Positions 46,135-55,262 of a stretch of 64,000 bases of DNA are shown here, piece by piece. Position 1 is the stretch's first letter. The number at the start of each line of letters is the position of its first letter. The notes under the pieces were generated by a model that saw only the letters and a list, made by a program, of their open reading frames with translations, was not told the origin of the DNA and searched no databases. The position numbers were made by a program, and so were the translations under genes. Origin of the DNA: an uncultured Phycisphaeraceae bacterium (GTDB lineage Bacteria > Planctomycetota > Phycisphaerae > UBA1845). Location of the stretch: positions 2,068-66,067 of the forward strand of contig CAZPHH010000003.1 of NCBI GenBank assembly GCA_964586145.1, read 5' to 3'.

Positions 46135-47601
46135 ATGGCACGGTCAACTGCTGTTAAGACGAAGCCCAAGCCGTCGTCCAAACCAGCTCGAAAACCCACC
46201 TCCGTAACCAAGGCTGCCCCCCGGCGGGCGGCGGTTCGGAAGCCGAGCGGGGCCTTGGTGCGGACGTACAAGGCAGCCTTGAACTACCTCAGCTCGCTGG
46301 TGAACTACGAGCAGAGTGGCCGGTTTGGGTACAACTCCACGAATTTCAACCTTTCCCGCATGACCCGGCTGCTCAGCGCACTGGGCAACCCGCAGCGCGC
46401 GTTCAAGACAGTCCACGTGGCGGGGACAAAGGGCAAGGGCAGCACGGCCGCGATGGTGGCGGCCATGCTTCAGGGTAACAATCTGAAAGTGGGGCTGTAT
46501 ACCTCGCCGCACATTCTGACGGTGCGCGAGCGGATCGCGATCAGCGGCGACATGGTTTCCGAGTCCAAGTTCACGAAGCTGGTGGACGCCATCAGCCGCG
46601 TCAAGGCGCACGGGGACGCGTTCACGTATTTCGAGGTGCTGACGGCCATGGCCTTCCTGCACTTTGCGGCAGAGAAGGTGGATGTGGCCGTTATCGAGAC
46701 GGGCCTGGGCGGTCGGCTGGACTCCACGAACGTCATTCGGCCGGAGGTCTGTGCGATCACGTCGATCAGCATGGACCATACGGGTCAGCTTGGAAACACG
46801 CTGGCGGCCATCGCCGAGGAGAAGGCCGGCATCATGAAGCAGGGCATCCCGGTGATCAGCGCGCCGCAGCGTGCCGAGGCGCGGCAGGCGCTGGCGGCCG
46901 CTTCGGAGAAGATCGGGGCCCCGCTGCTGTTCACGGGTGACGACATCGAGTTCAGTTACCGGTTCGAGGCGTCGCGGGCGTTGGGGCCGCACACGCGGCT
47001 GTGTCTGACCACGCCGAACAGTCGGTTTGAGCACGTACACGTGCCGCTGCTGGGCGAGCACCAGGCGATCAACTGCAGCGTGGCCCTGGCCGTGGTGGAC
47101 GTGCTGAAGAAGCGCGGCCTGCCGATTGACGACCAGCTTGCGATTGACGGGCTGGCGTCCGTGCGGCTCAGCGGCCGGATGGAGATGATCTGCGAGAACC
47201 CGCGCATTCTGGTGGACGGGGCGCATAACGCAGCCAGCGTCCACGCGCTGATGCGGGGGATCGGGCAGAACGTGCCGTACGACTCCATGATCGTGATTTT
47301 CGGCTGCCAGCGGGACAAGGACGTGACGGGCATGTTGCGTCACATCCAGCTCGGGGCGGACAAGGTCATCTTCACCACGACGGGCTCCCCGCGAACGATG
47401 GACCCGCACGACCTGGCCACGGCCTACGTGGACCAGTGCGGCAAGATGGCCCAGGTGGCGGAAGACCTGGAAGAGGCCATCCGCATCGCGGGCAGCGCGT
47501 TAACGCGCGAGGACCTGATCTGCATCACCGGTTCCTTCTACCTGGTGGGCCGGGCCAAGCGCCTGTACGCCCAGAAGGTGGGACAGACAGTGGGCCAGTA
47601 G
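46135..47601 (+). CDS. folC: bifunctional folylpolyglutamate synthase / dihydrofolate synthase
   Basis: Mur-ligase/FolC motifs: HVAGTKGKGST, YTSPHI, FEVLTAMAF, ETGLGGRLDSTN and VDGAHN. ATG 46135 is preferred over the TTG-type start at 46099. Confidence 0.9.
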   Translation: MARSTAVKTKPKPSSKPARKPTSVTKAAPRRAAVRKPSGALVRTYKAALNYLSSLVNYEQSGRFGYNSTNFNLSRMTRLLSALGNPQRAFKTVHVAGTKGKGSTAAMVAAMLQGNNLKVGLYTSPHILTVRERIAISGDMVSESKFTKLVDAISRVKAHGDAFTYFEVLTAMAFLHFAAEKVDVAVIETGLGGRLDSTNVIRPEVCAITSISMDHTGQLGNTLAAIAEEKAGIMKQGIPVISAPQRAEARQALAAASEKIGAPLLFTGDDIEFSYRFEASRALGPHTRLCLTTPNSRFEHVHVPLLGEHQAINCSVALAVVDVLKKRGLPIDDQLAIDGLASVRLSGRMEMICENPRILVDGAHNAASVHALMRGIGQNVPYDSMIVIFGCQRDKDVTGMLRHIQLGADKVIFTTTGSPRTMDPHDLATAYVDQCGKMAQVAEDLEEAIRIAGSALTREDLICITGSFYLVGRAKRLYAQKVGQTVGQ

Positions 47602-48239
47602 GTCCGCGGAAACCACAGGAAACATCCAATCGCACAAACCCGTGGAAGGGGAGCGGGCGGGTCTCGCCGCCGCGTTTCGTCTGGGGTCTTGGTCCCAGAA
47701 GCACTTGTCGTCTCATCGCATGCCCGGGGCTTCTGTGCAGCCGGCCTTCGGCCGTGGCTCGGCAGACGGGTCGCTTTTCGGCAGAGCGGGCCGGCGTACG
47801 ACCCATTTTGCCGCAGCCTCTTTCAATGCATCCAACCTGCTTGTCGCGTGCATGCCTGGCCGGAATCGGGACGGCCCGGTCCGCGGGCTGGGACATGCGC
47901 CCCATCGGTATTTCTGTATTCCGGCCTGCCATCCTGTGGCACTGTACTGCGCCCGGGCATTGTAATGCGATGTAACTCGAGCCGAGAGACGGATTGAACC
48001 GATACGGTGTGTGCCGCAGTAGCGCAGGGCAGCGAGAGCAGGCGTACAGCACCACGCTTTGAGCTGCGAGCGGGCACGTGCGTGGCGACGGTCGGGGAGC
48101 TGCGTGGAAGTCTGACGAACGCATACCTCGTCTTTCGTCCCCGTGCAAAGCGACGTGCCCTGAGCCACTGCGGTATGGAACGCGGCGAGGCCGCGTTGCG
48201 AGCACGCAAAACACGAAACCCCTGAAAAGGCCGGCCACC

Positions 48240-49769
48240 ATGTCCAACACGGTTACGATCAGTCCGCTGACCCGGATCGAAGGCCACCTGGCCATCCACA
48301 CCGAGACCGAGCCGCACGCGGGCGGCGCCGGCGTGCATGTCACGCAGGCCCACTGTGAAGGCGAGATGTTCCGAGGGCTGGAGCAAATTCTGGTCGGGCG
48401 CGATCCGCTGGACGCCCAGCAGATCACGCAGCGGACCTGCGGAGTCTGCCCGATCTCACACGGCATGGCCTCGGTTCGGGCCCAGGAGCAGGCGTACGGC
48501 ATTCGTCCCGTCCGGAACGGGCGGCTGCTGCAGAACCTGATCGCGGCGGCGAACTACCTCCACTCGCACGTCCTGCATTTTTACCAGCTCGCCGCATTGG
48601 ACTTCGTCGACGTGACGGCCGTGTTGAACTACACGGGGTCGGACCGAACCCTGCTCAAGCTCAAGGCGTGGGCACAGTCGGCCCTGGACCGCAAGGACGT
48701 CTTCCCGGTCGCGCCGTTCCTGCCGCGGTACGAGGGTGACTACGTTTCGTCCGCGGAGGTCAACTGCGCGCTGCTGGCCCATTATGCGGACGCCCTGAAG
48801 GTCCGGCGCACGTGCGACGAGATGGGAGCGGTGTTCGGGGCGCGGTTGCCGCACTCCACGGCCCTGCTGCCGGGCGGATGCACGCAGAAACCCACCCTGG
48901 AGCGCATCCTGGCCTATCGGTCTCGGCTGGACGAGGTGCTCGCATTCGTGGAGGACGTGTACCTGCCGGACCTGTTCGAGGTGGGCCGTCAGTTCCCGCA
49001 ATACTTCGATATCGGGCGCGGCTGGGGGAATTTCCTGGCGTACGGCACGTTTGAAATGGACGACGGCGGACGGAAATTCTTCCCGCCCGGCACGTTCATC
49101 GACGGCAAGTGGGAAGCGTTTGACCCGCGTCACATCAGCGAGGACGTCAGCGTTGCCCGGTACGAGGACGGGCCGGCCCGCCACCCGTTTGAGGGCGAGA
49201 CGCGGCCGAAGCCGGGCAAGCCCGGGGCCTATTCGTGGATCAAGGCCCCGCGTTATCGCGGCCTGCCGTTGGAGGTCGGTCCGCTCGCCCGGGTGCTCGT
49301 GGACTACCACGCCGGGAACAACGGCTGGTCCCGCAAGCCCGTGGACTCGACCTGCGCAAAGCTCGGCATCACGCCGGACAAACTGGTGTCCGTGATGGGT
49401 CGGCACGTGACGCGGGGACTGGAGACCCTGGCTCTCGTGCAGCAGTGCTTCCGCTGGCTGGACGAGATCGCCGTGGACCAGCCGGCCGTCACCGCGTTCG
49501 AGTTCCCCAAGAGCGGCCGGGGCGCGGGCCTGGTGGAGGCCCCGCGCGGGGCGCTGGGACACTGGCTGACGGTTGAGGATTACAAGGTGAAGTCGTACCA
49601 GAGCGTGGTGCCGACGACGTGGAACTGCTCGCCCCGGGATTCAAAGGGGCAGTCCGGCCCTGTGGAAAAGGCGCTGGAAGGCACGCAGGTGGCTGACGCA
49701 TCCCAGCCGATCGAGCTGGGGCGCATCGTGCGGTCGTTTGACCCTTGCCTGGCCTGTGCCGTGCATTGA
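48240..49769 (+). CDS. [NiFe]-hydrogenase large subunit (short, sensory-like; no C-terminal maturation peptide)
   Basis: The N-terminal Ni-binding motif is RTCGVCPISH (48432-48461). The C-terminal motif DPCLACAVH (49740-49766) is followed immediately by TGA. Other hallmarks: SPLTRIEGH and EAPRGALGHW. The product is 509 aa from the ATG at 48240. Confidence 0.9.
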   Translation: MSNTVTISPLTRIEGHLAIHTETEPHAGGAGVHVTQAHCEGEMFRGLEQILVGRDPLDAQQITQRTCGVCPISHGMASVRAQEQAYGIRPVRNGRLLQNLIAAANYLHSHVLHFYQLAALDFVDVTAVLNYTGSDRTLLKLKAWAQSALDRKDVFPVAPFLPRYEGDYVSSAEVNCALLAHYADALKVRRTCDEMGAVFGARLPHSTALLPGGCTQKPTLERILAYRSRLDEVLAFVEDVYLPDLFEVGRQFPQYFDIGRGWGNFLAYGTFEMDDGGRKFFPPGTFIDGKWEAFDPRHISEDVSVARYEDGPARHPFEGETRPKPGKPGAYSWIKAPRYRGLPLEVGPLARVLVDYHAGNNGWSRKPVDSTCAKLGITPDKLVSVMGRHVTRGLETLALVQQCFRWLDEIAVDQPAVTAFEFPKSGRGAGLVEAPRGALGHWLTVEDYKVKSYQSVVPTTWNCSPRDSKGQSGPVEKALEGTQVADASQPIELGRIVRSFDPCLACAVH

Positions 49770-49817
49770 TCGTGCGACGAAACCGGCAGGATGGGAAAGC
49801 CCTTGGAGATGACAGCC

Positions 49818-50780
49818 ATGGCAGAGATTTCGCGAAGGGAATTCCTCCGAATGGGGGCCGTCCTGGCGGCCGGCGCCGGGCTGGGCCCTGGCGCCGCGGA
49901 AGCCCTGGCCGCCGGTCTGGAGCGGGTGTTCACCGGTCAGAAGCGCGTGGTGTGGCTGCAAGGCATGTCATGCACCGGGTGCAGCGTGTCGCTGCTGAAC
50001 TCCGACGAGCCGGGGCCGGTGGAGCTGATCACGCAAGTGATTTCCGTGGTGTTCCATCCGACGTTGTCGGCGGCGCAGGGCCACCTGGTCACGGAGACGC
50101 TGGACCGGCTGGCCGAGGCGGGTGATTTCTTCCTGGTTCTGGAAGGGGCGGTGTGCCCGCAGATGCCGCAGGCATGCATGGTCGCCGGCAAGCCGCTGAC
50201 CGAGCTGCTTCCGCCGTTGCTGAGGCGGGCCCAGTTCGTCGTGACGGCCGGCTCCTGTGCGGCGTTCGGCGGCATTCCGGGGGCGGAGGGCAACCCGACG
50301 GGCGCCATGGGCCTGAAGGAGTTCATGGCCAGCCGGGGCATTCCCGTGGAGAACAAGCTGGTAAACTGCCCGGGCTGCCCCGTGCATCCGCACACGATGG
50401 TGACCACGCTGGCGTATCTGGCGGGCGTGGGCTACCCCGCCGTGGATCCGGCCACGCTGACGCCGAACATGATCTGTTCCAGCTCCGTTCATGATGACTG
50501 CCCGAGATTCCATCACTGGCAGAAGCAGCACTTCGCGGAGCACTTCGGGGACGAGGGGTGTTTGTTCAAGCTGGGGTGTCTGGGTCCGCTAAGCCGTTCA
50601 AACTGCTCGCACCGTCAATGGAATGGGGGGATCAACTGGTGCATTCGGGCCGGGGCGCCGTGCATCGCCTGCACGAGCGAGGACTTTGCGAAGCGGAAAT
50701 CGTTCCCGTTTTATCGCCACGGCGAGAAGTACCACGCGGTAGCGTATGGTGATGCCGACCGAAAGGGGACTGCCACATGA
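49818..50780 (+). CDS. [NiFe]-hydrogenase small subunit with twin-arginine-type leader
   Basis: The Tat-like motif SRREFLR lies at 49830-49850. FeS ligand contexts: [45 protein letters not shown] and [16 protein letters not shown] 49818 (GGAG 9 nt upstream) is preferred over 49791 or 49809. Confidence 0.88.
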   Translation: MAEISRREFLRMGAVLAAGAGLGPGAAEALAAGLERVFTGQKRVVWLQGMSCTGCSVSLLNSDEPGPVELITQVISVVFHPTLSAAQGHLVTETLDRLAEAGDFFLVLEGAVCPQMPQACMVAGKPLTELLPPLLRRAQFVVTAGSCAAFGGIPGAEGNPTGAMGLKEFMASRGIPVENKLVNCPGCPVHPHTMVTTLAYLAGVGYPAVDPATLTPNMICSSSVHDDCPRFHHWQKQHFAEHFGDEGCLFKLGCLGPLSRSNCSHRQWNGGINWCIRAGAPCIACTSEDFAKRKSFPFYRHGEKYHAVAYGDADRKGTAT

Positions 50781-52267
50781 TGCTGCAAAAAGCCAGCTTG
50801 GCCCGACGGATGTACGTGCCGACGATCGGGCTCTTCATCGTGTTCATGACGGTGCTGCTCGGCGTTCAGCACTATCTGTACGTGCATGGTTTCGAGGCCA
50901 CGCTGGGGAAGATTGAAGGCTCGTCGCTGGAAGTGGAGCGCGCGGCGTCCAAGGGGATGACCCAGGGTCTCTGGGCCGCCACCGAGCGCTGGCTGCAGAC
51001 GGGTGAGCACACCCAGTTCGTGGACTTCGCGAATCGGCAGCGGGAGCAATCGGGCATCGGGGCGATCGCCTTCGTGGGTCTGTCCAGCACGGTCGAGCTG
51101 GCCTCGCCGGCGGACCGCGTGGGGACGGCGCTGGCCGAGGGTGTCTGGGACGAGGCCGCCAAGGCCCCCGACCTGATCGTCAAGGAGGACCAAGATGCGA
51201 TCAATCTGTACCAGCCGTTGTACGTCACGGCGGACATGCGCCGGCTTCAGCCGGACATGGAGGTGGGCACCCTGTACGGGCTGCTTCACCTGGAGTTCCC
51301 CAAGGACCGCTTGAATCAGATGCTGGCGGACGCCCGTTCCGTGTTCGAAGGCCGGGTGAAGCAGTCGCTGACCCTGACCTGCGGGATGGGTGTGGCGGCC
51401 CTGGTGATCATGGCGATCAGCCTGTTCCCGCTGGTGGTCCGGCCGCTGGTGCGGTCCCTGCGGGGCGTCATCGGAAACCTGGCCGGCGGCTCGAACGAAC
51501 TGGTGGAGATTTCGCGGCAGATCGGCGGATCCAGCCAGCGTCTGGCCACGTCTGCGTCCGAGCAGGCCTCATCGCTGGAAGAGACCAGCAGCGCGATGGA
51601 GCAGATGTCGGCCATGACGCGGACGAACGCGGAGAACGCCCGCGAGGCGGACACGCTGAGCACGCAGGCGCAGGAGAACGCCGCCGCGGGCGACAAGACC
51701 ATGGCCCGGCTCACGCAGGCCATGACCAGCATCAACGAATCGTCGGCGCAGATCGCCAAGATCATCCGGGTGATCGAGGAGATCGCGTTCCAGACGAACT
51801 TGCTGGCCCTGAACGCCGCAGTCGAGGCGGCCCGGGCGGGCGAGCACGGCAAGGGCTTTGCGGTGGTGGCGGATGAGGTGCGAAACCTGGCCGGTCGGGC
51901 GGCCGAAGCGGCCCAGAGCACGCGAACTCTGGTCGAGGACTCGGTGGTGCGGGCGCAGGGCGGCGTGGAGGCCGTTCATGAAGCAGGCACCGCGTTCGGC
52001 GCGATCGTGACCGGCGCGCAACGGGTGTCCGAGCTCGTGGGGGAGATCGCCCGGGCCTCTGAGCAGCAGGCGCAGGGGGTCGACCAGGTGAATAGCGCGG
52101 TGTCGCAGATGACGCAGATGACGCAGGAGTCGGCATCGGAGGCGAGCCATTCCTCGTCCGTGGCCGAGCAGTTGGGGACGCAGGCAGAAACGGTGAAGGG
52201 CATGGTGGACGCGCTGGTGGGCATCGTGGAGGGGGCCGGCCGCGCGCACGACCAGACCGAATCCTGA
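50777..52267 (+). CDS. methyl-accepting chemotaxis protein (two TM helices, periplasmic domain of about 170 aa)
   Basis: The ATG overlaps the small-subunit stop (ATGA, 50777-50780). TM1 is [14 protein letters not shown] and TM2 is [19 protein letters not shown]. The MCP signalling hairpin is conserved: [40 protein letters not shown]. Confidence 0.9.
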   Translation: MMLQKASLARRMYVPTIGLFIVFMTVLLGVQHYLYVHGFEATLGKIEGSSLEVERAASKGMTQGLWAATERWLQTGEHTQFVDFANRQREQSGIGAIAFVGLSSTVELASPADRVGTALAEGVWDEAAKAPDLIVKEDQDAINLYQPLYVTADMRRLQPDMEVGTLYGLLHLEFPKDRLNQMLADARSVFEGRVKQSLTLTCGMGVAALVIMAISLFPLVVRPLVRSLRGVIGNLAGGSNELVEISRQIGGSSQRLATSASEQASSLEETSSAMEQMSAMTRTNAENAREADTLSTQAQENAAAGDKTMARLTQAMTSINESSAQIAKIIRVIEEIAFQTNLLALNAAVEAARAGEHGKGFAVVADEVRNLAGRAAEAAQSTRTLVEDSVVRAQGGVEAVHEAGTAFGAIVTGAQRVSELVGEIARASEQQAQGVDQVNSAVSQMTQMTQESASEASHSSSVAEQLGTQAETVKGMVDALVGIVEGAGRAHDQTES

Positions 52268-52316
52268 AATTGGGAATCACCAGGGGACTCTCGCATCCCG
52301 AGAGAGGTCGATGCTC

Positions 52317-52343
52317 GGGACCGGCTCAGCGCGAGCCGGTCCC
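52317..52343. repeat. GC-rich hairpin sharing its stem with the REP-like family; possible bidirectional terminator between convergent genes
   Basis: The sequence gggaccggct-cagcgcg-agccggtccc forms a perfect 10-bp stem. It lies 50 nt after the MCP stop. There is no U-tract, so terminator function is only an inference. Confidence 0.45.
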
Positions 52344-52521
52344 GTCTGCCATTCAGGGGGGCTTCTCGGTCGGCGAAGTCCGTGTATCCGGCGGCGTCGT
52401 TCCCGCCGCGAGCCCGGCGCAGCGAACGGGCGGGCGCCTCCCAGGCTGAGAGACGCCCGCCCGTCTGTGTTGCCTTCACCGCCGCGCCGCTGGGTCATGG
52501 AGCGGCCGCGGCCGGGAGGCG

Positions 52522-54042
52522 TCAATCCTCCAATCGATCCAGAACGATGAAGCCGACGGCCCAATCATCGTCGGTGATGCAGCCGCTGCCTTCCTGGTAC
52601 TGGCGAAGGGTCCAGAACGCTACGGTGTTGGCCGACGTGCTGACATCGCTGCCCATGACGTAGCCAGTCTGGCTGCGGCCTTCCGCTGGCGTCTCCGTCT
52701 CCTCGAAGAGCATGAAGTCCCCGCCGGTGCTCATCTGGAGAAACTCGACGTCGCGATCGACGGCGATGGTGCCGGCGATGAACCAGCGTTCGCCGTCCGG
52801 CGTAATCGCGATGCTCGACCCGTACCCGTACTTGCCGGGGGTGGCGATGCAATCGTCACGCTCGACATCGATCGGGTCGGCCAGGCGGTCCGGCGCGGAG
52901 AGGGCACTGGGATTCGCGACGGTCCCGATGGAGCTGCGATACACGGCGCCGCCGGTAGAAATCTGGTCCACGTCTTCCTCGACGGCAAAGTATCCAAAGC
53001 TTCCGGCGGCCAGGGCCACCGGGGTATTGATCGAGAACGGGCCTTCGTTGCCCAGATTGGTGATGGAGCTGTCCGTCACGTTCAGCAGGGCCGTGACGCC
53101 GTCGCCGATGTCCGCGCGGTAGATGATGTAGTCGTCGTCGAAGGCGATCTGCACGTTGTCGAAGATGTCCCCCAGCGGGCTGCCGAGGTTGAACTCGAAG
53201 GCAAGCGGGTCGGCCGTGGGATCCATGATGTCCCAGACATAGATGAAGTTGCCCCACAGCGCCGCCACCCGGGCGGGGTCGGCATCGATGGCAACCTGCT
53301 CCGGCGTATCCAGTGCATCCGCCGGCGTCGGGAAGCTGATGACCTGCGCGGTCGATCCGCCGACGTCGATCACCTTTACCGCGTTGCCATCGTCCACCTC
53401 GTTCGGGTCGCAAATGACGGCGAAGTAGGTGCCGGCGGAAGCCATGTGGCCCGGCTCATACGGTTCCACGGGCAGGGAAGCCAGGGTGACCTCGCCGCCG
53501 GGAACCTCCACCGGGTTGCCACCGGCCACCGTGTCATAAATGGCCACGCGTCCGGAGCCCGTGGTCAGGGCAACCTTCTTGCCCGCGACTTTCCAGCTCG
53601 AGGTTTCGTACAGCGTGCCGGCACCGGGAATTTCCGTGCCCTCGGTGATCGTGTCGTCGTAGGTCGACGGCACGAAGTACCGGACGTTGTCCGGGACAGC
53701 GTACACCACGAGGTCGTCGCCCGCCTCAATGCGGTGCAAGGTACCGGAAAGGTACCCCAGGCTGATCTGCGTCTTGACCAGCGCGGGCGCCTCGTTGTCA
53801 TTGACGTTGTTGTCATTGACATTGTTGTCATTGACGTTGTTGTCGTTGACATTGTTGTCATTGACGTTGTTGTCGTTGACATTGTTGTCGTTCACGTTGT
53901 TGTCATTGACGTTGGTGTTGTTGTCGTTGGTGTTCGTGCCCCCACCGCCTCCACCGCCGGCGGGGCGGGCGGCGCAGCCGCTGCCGGCCACGACAAACAC
54001 ACCCAGGGCCATCAATGCCAGTACACAGAACAGTCGTTGCAT
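52522..54042 (-). CDS. putative lipoprotein with (NDNNV)n low-complexity linker and beta-rich C-terminal domain
   Basis: AAGGAGG lies upstream of the ATG at 54042. The leader MQRLFCVLALMALGVFVVAGSGC ends in Cys. A poly-Gly stretch and about 9 copies of NDNNV follow, then a roughly 420-aa body rich in Asp, Gly and Val. Confidence 0.7.
   Translation of the reverse strand: MQRLFCVLALMALGVFVVAGSGCAARPAGGGGGGGTNTNDNNTNVNDNNVNDNNVNDNNVNDNNVNDNNVNDNNVNDNNVNDNEAPALVKTQISLGYLSGTLHRIEAGDDLVVYAVPDNVRYFVPSTYDDTITEGTEIPGAGTLYETSSWKVAGKKVALTTGSGRVAIYDTVAGGNPVEVPGGEVTLASLPVEPYEPGHMASAGTYFAVICDPNEVDDGNAVKVIDVGGSTAQVISFPTPADALDTPEQVAIDADPARVAALWGNFIYVWDIMDPTADPLAFEFNLGSPLGDIFDNVQIAFDDDYIIYRADIGDGVTALLNVTDSSITNLGNEGPFSINTPVALAAGSFGYFAVEEDVDQISTGGAVYRSSIGTVANPSALSAPDRLADPIDVERDDCIATPGKYGYGSSIAITPDGERWFIAGTIAVDRDVEFLQMSTGGDFMLFEETETPAEGRSQTGYVMGSDVSTSANTVAFWTLRQYQEGSGCITDDDWAVGFIVLDRLED
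53794..53912 (-). repeat. 15-bp in-frame tandem repeat (about 8 units, 30-bp higher order) encoding NDNNV
   Basis: Direct reading shows ttgtcattgacgttg / ttgtcgttgacattg alternating from about 53794 to 53912. Confidence 0.85.
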
Positions 54043-54487
54043 TGGGTCATTCCTCCTTTTGTTTGTAAAGCAATGCTCAGGCCGGTGTGTGGCTGCAGAA
54101 CGCCAGGCCGCACCTCACCCGGAACTTTCATGACCGCGTGGGGAGAAGTATGCCACAGACGCAGCGCAGGGTCAATTCCTTGTCGAAAAAACCGGAAATT
54201 CCCGCGCAAAAGTGCCTCATGCGCTGCAAGACACGTCTGGCACACCGAGTTCACCAGCGACCCGGCACGTCACGCACGGGGGCATGCATCCCGGACGGGT
54301 CGAGTCGCCCCACCCGGTCCGGCTTTCCCGGCTGCTCCGTACCGTCACCCTGTTGACAACGAATGGCCAAGGGAGGTTAGCCGAACCTGGACCGCACCAC
54401 GCCGCCCCGCCTCTCAGCCCGCGTGCCAGGGCTGAAACGGTGAGAACCTGGGGTATTTTCACGGCAGCCGCTTCGCCCGGGGAGCAC

Positions 54488-55180
54488 TCACCGGGCGGCC
54501 GGATACTCGTTGCAGAGCAGGAAACGCGGCGGCTCGTCCTCTTCGATGGCGGGAAAACGCCCCAGCGGCTCCAGGAAGCGGTTGTCGCGCTCGTCGTCGT
54601 TCACGGCGCTGACCTCGCCGGAAAGGACGCGCCCGCGGCCCTTCTTGGCCCAGAAGGCGTGGTACAGATACGGCGGGAGTGTGATGGACTCGCCGGGATG
54701 CAACTCGATCTTCGTGCCGGCCGGGACCGTGCGAACGACGCCGTCGACGGACACCGGCACGGGCTCAGGCGAGAGCGTTTCGTCCCGGGTGGCCTGATGC
54801 ACCTCGATCACCAGAATGCCCCCGCCCCGGTTGATGATGTCTTCCATCTTCGACCAGTGGAAGTGCATTGGCGTGACCTGATCCTCGTCGGCGATGAGCA
54901 GCTTCTCACAGTACGTCTTGGCGGGCCGGCCGGGAGCCGTGGGAACCTTGGGGTTGCCGTTGCGGATGGTGAACAGCGTCAGGCCCTGCCGGCGGAAATC
55001 GCCGCCGCCGAAATCCGTGATGTCCCAGCCGAGTCGATTGTGCCGGATCTCATCGGCTTCGTGGCCCCGGCAGGCCCACTCCTGCGGGGTCCAGCGGGCG
55101 AACGGGGGCAGCCTGAACTGAAGCGACTCGGCAAAGTCCAGGGCGCTTTGGATCTGCCTGTTCACCTCGGATCGTTTCAT
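54488..55180 (-). CDS. D-lyxose/D-mannose ketol-isomerase (cupin)
   Basis: From the ATG at 55180: WDITDFGGGDF, EKLLIADEDQVTPMHFHWSKMEDIINRGGG and LYHAFWA, which are typical of the D-lyxose isomerase cupin family. Confidence 0.78.
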   Translation of the reverse strand: MKRSEVNRQIQSALDFAESLQFRLPPFARWTPQEWACRGHEADEIRHNRLGWDITDFGGGDFRRQGLTLFTIRNGNPKVPTAPGRPAKTYCEKLLIADEDQVTPMHFHWSKMEDIINRGGGILVIEVHQATRDETLSPEPVPVSVDGVVRTVPAGTKIELHPGESITLPPYLYHAFWAKKGRGRVLSGEVSAVNDDERDNRFLEPLGRFPAIEEDEPPRFLLCNEYPAAR

Positions 55181-55262
55181 GTACTTTGTCCTCGTGCAGG
55201 GGCCCGGGTGTCGTGCGATGGTACGGACCCCTTCCGCCTGAATCAAGACGAGGACCCGTGCC

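Noticed and set aside
47937-47950. A sigma-54-like element (TGGCACtgtacTGC) about 290 nt upstream of the hydrogenase large subunit.
   Set aside because: The GG-to-GC spacing is 9 nt rather than the canonical 10 nt (TGGCAC-N5-TTGC). No enhancer-binding protein gene is nearby. It is kept only as a weak possibility.
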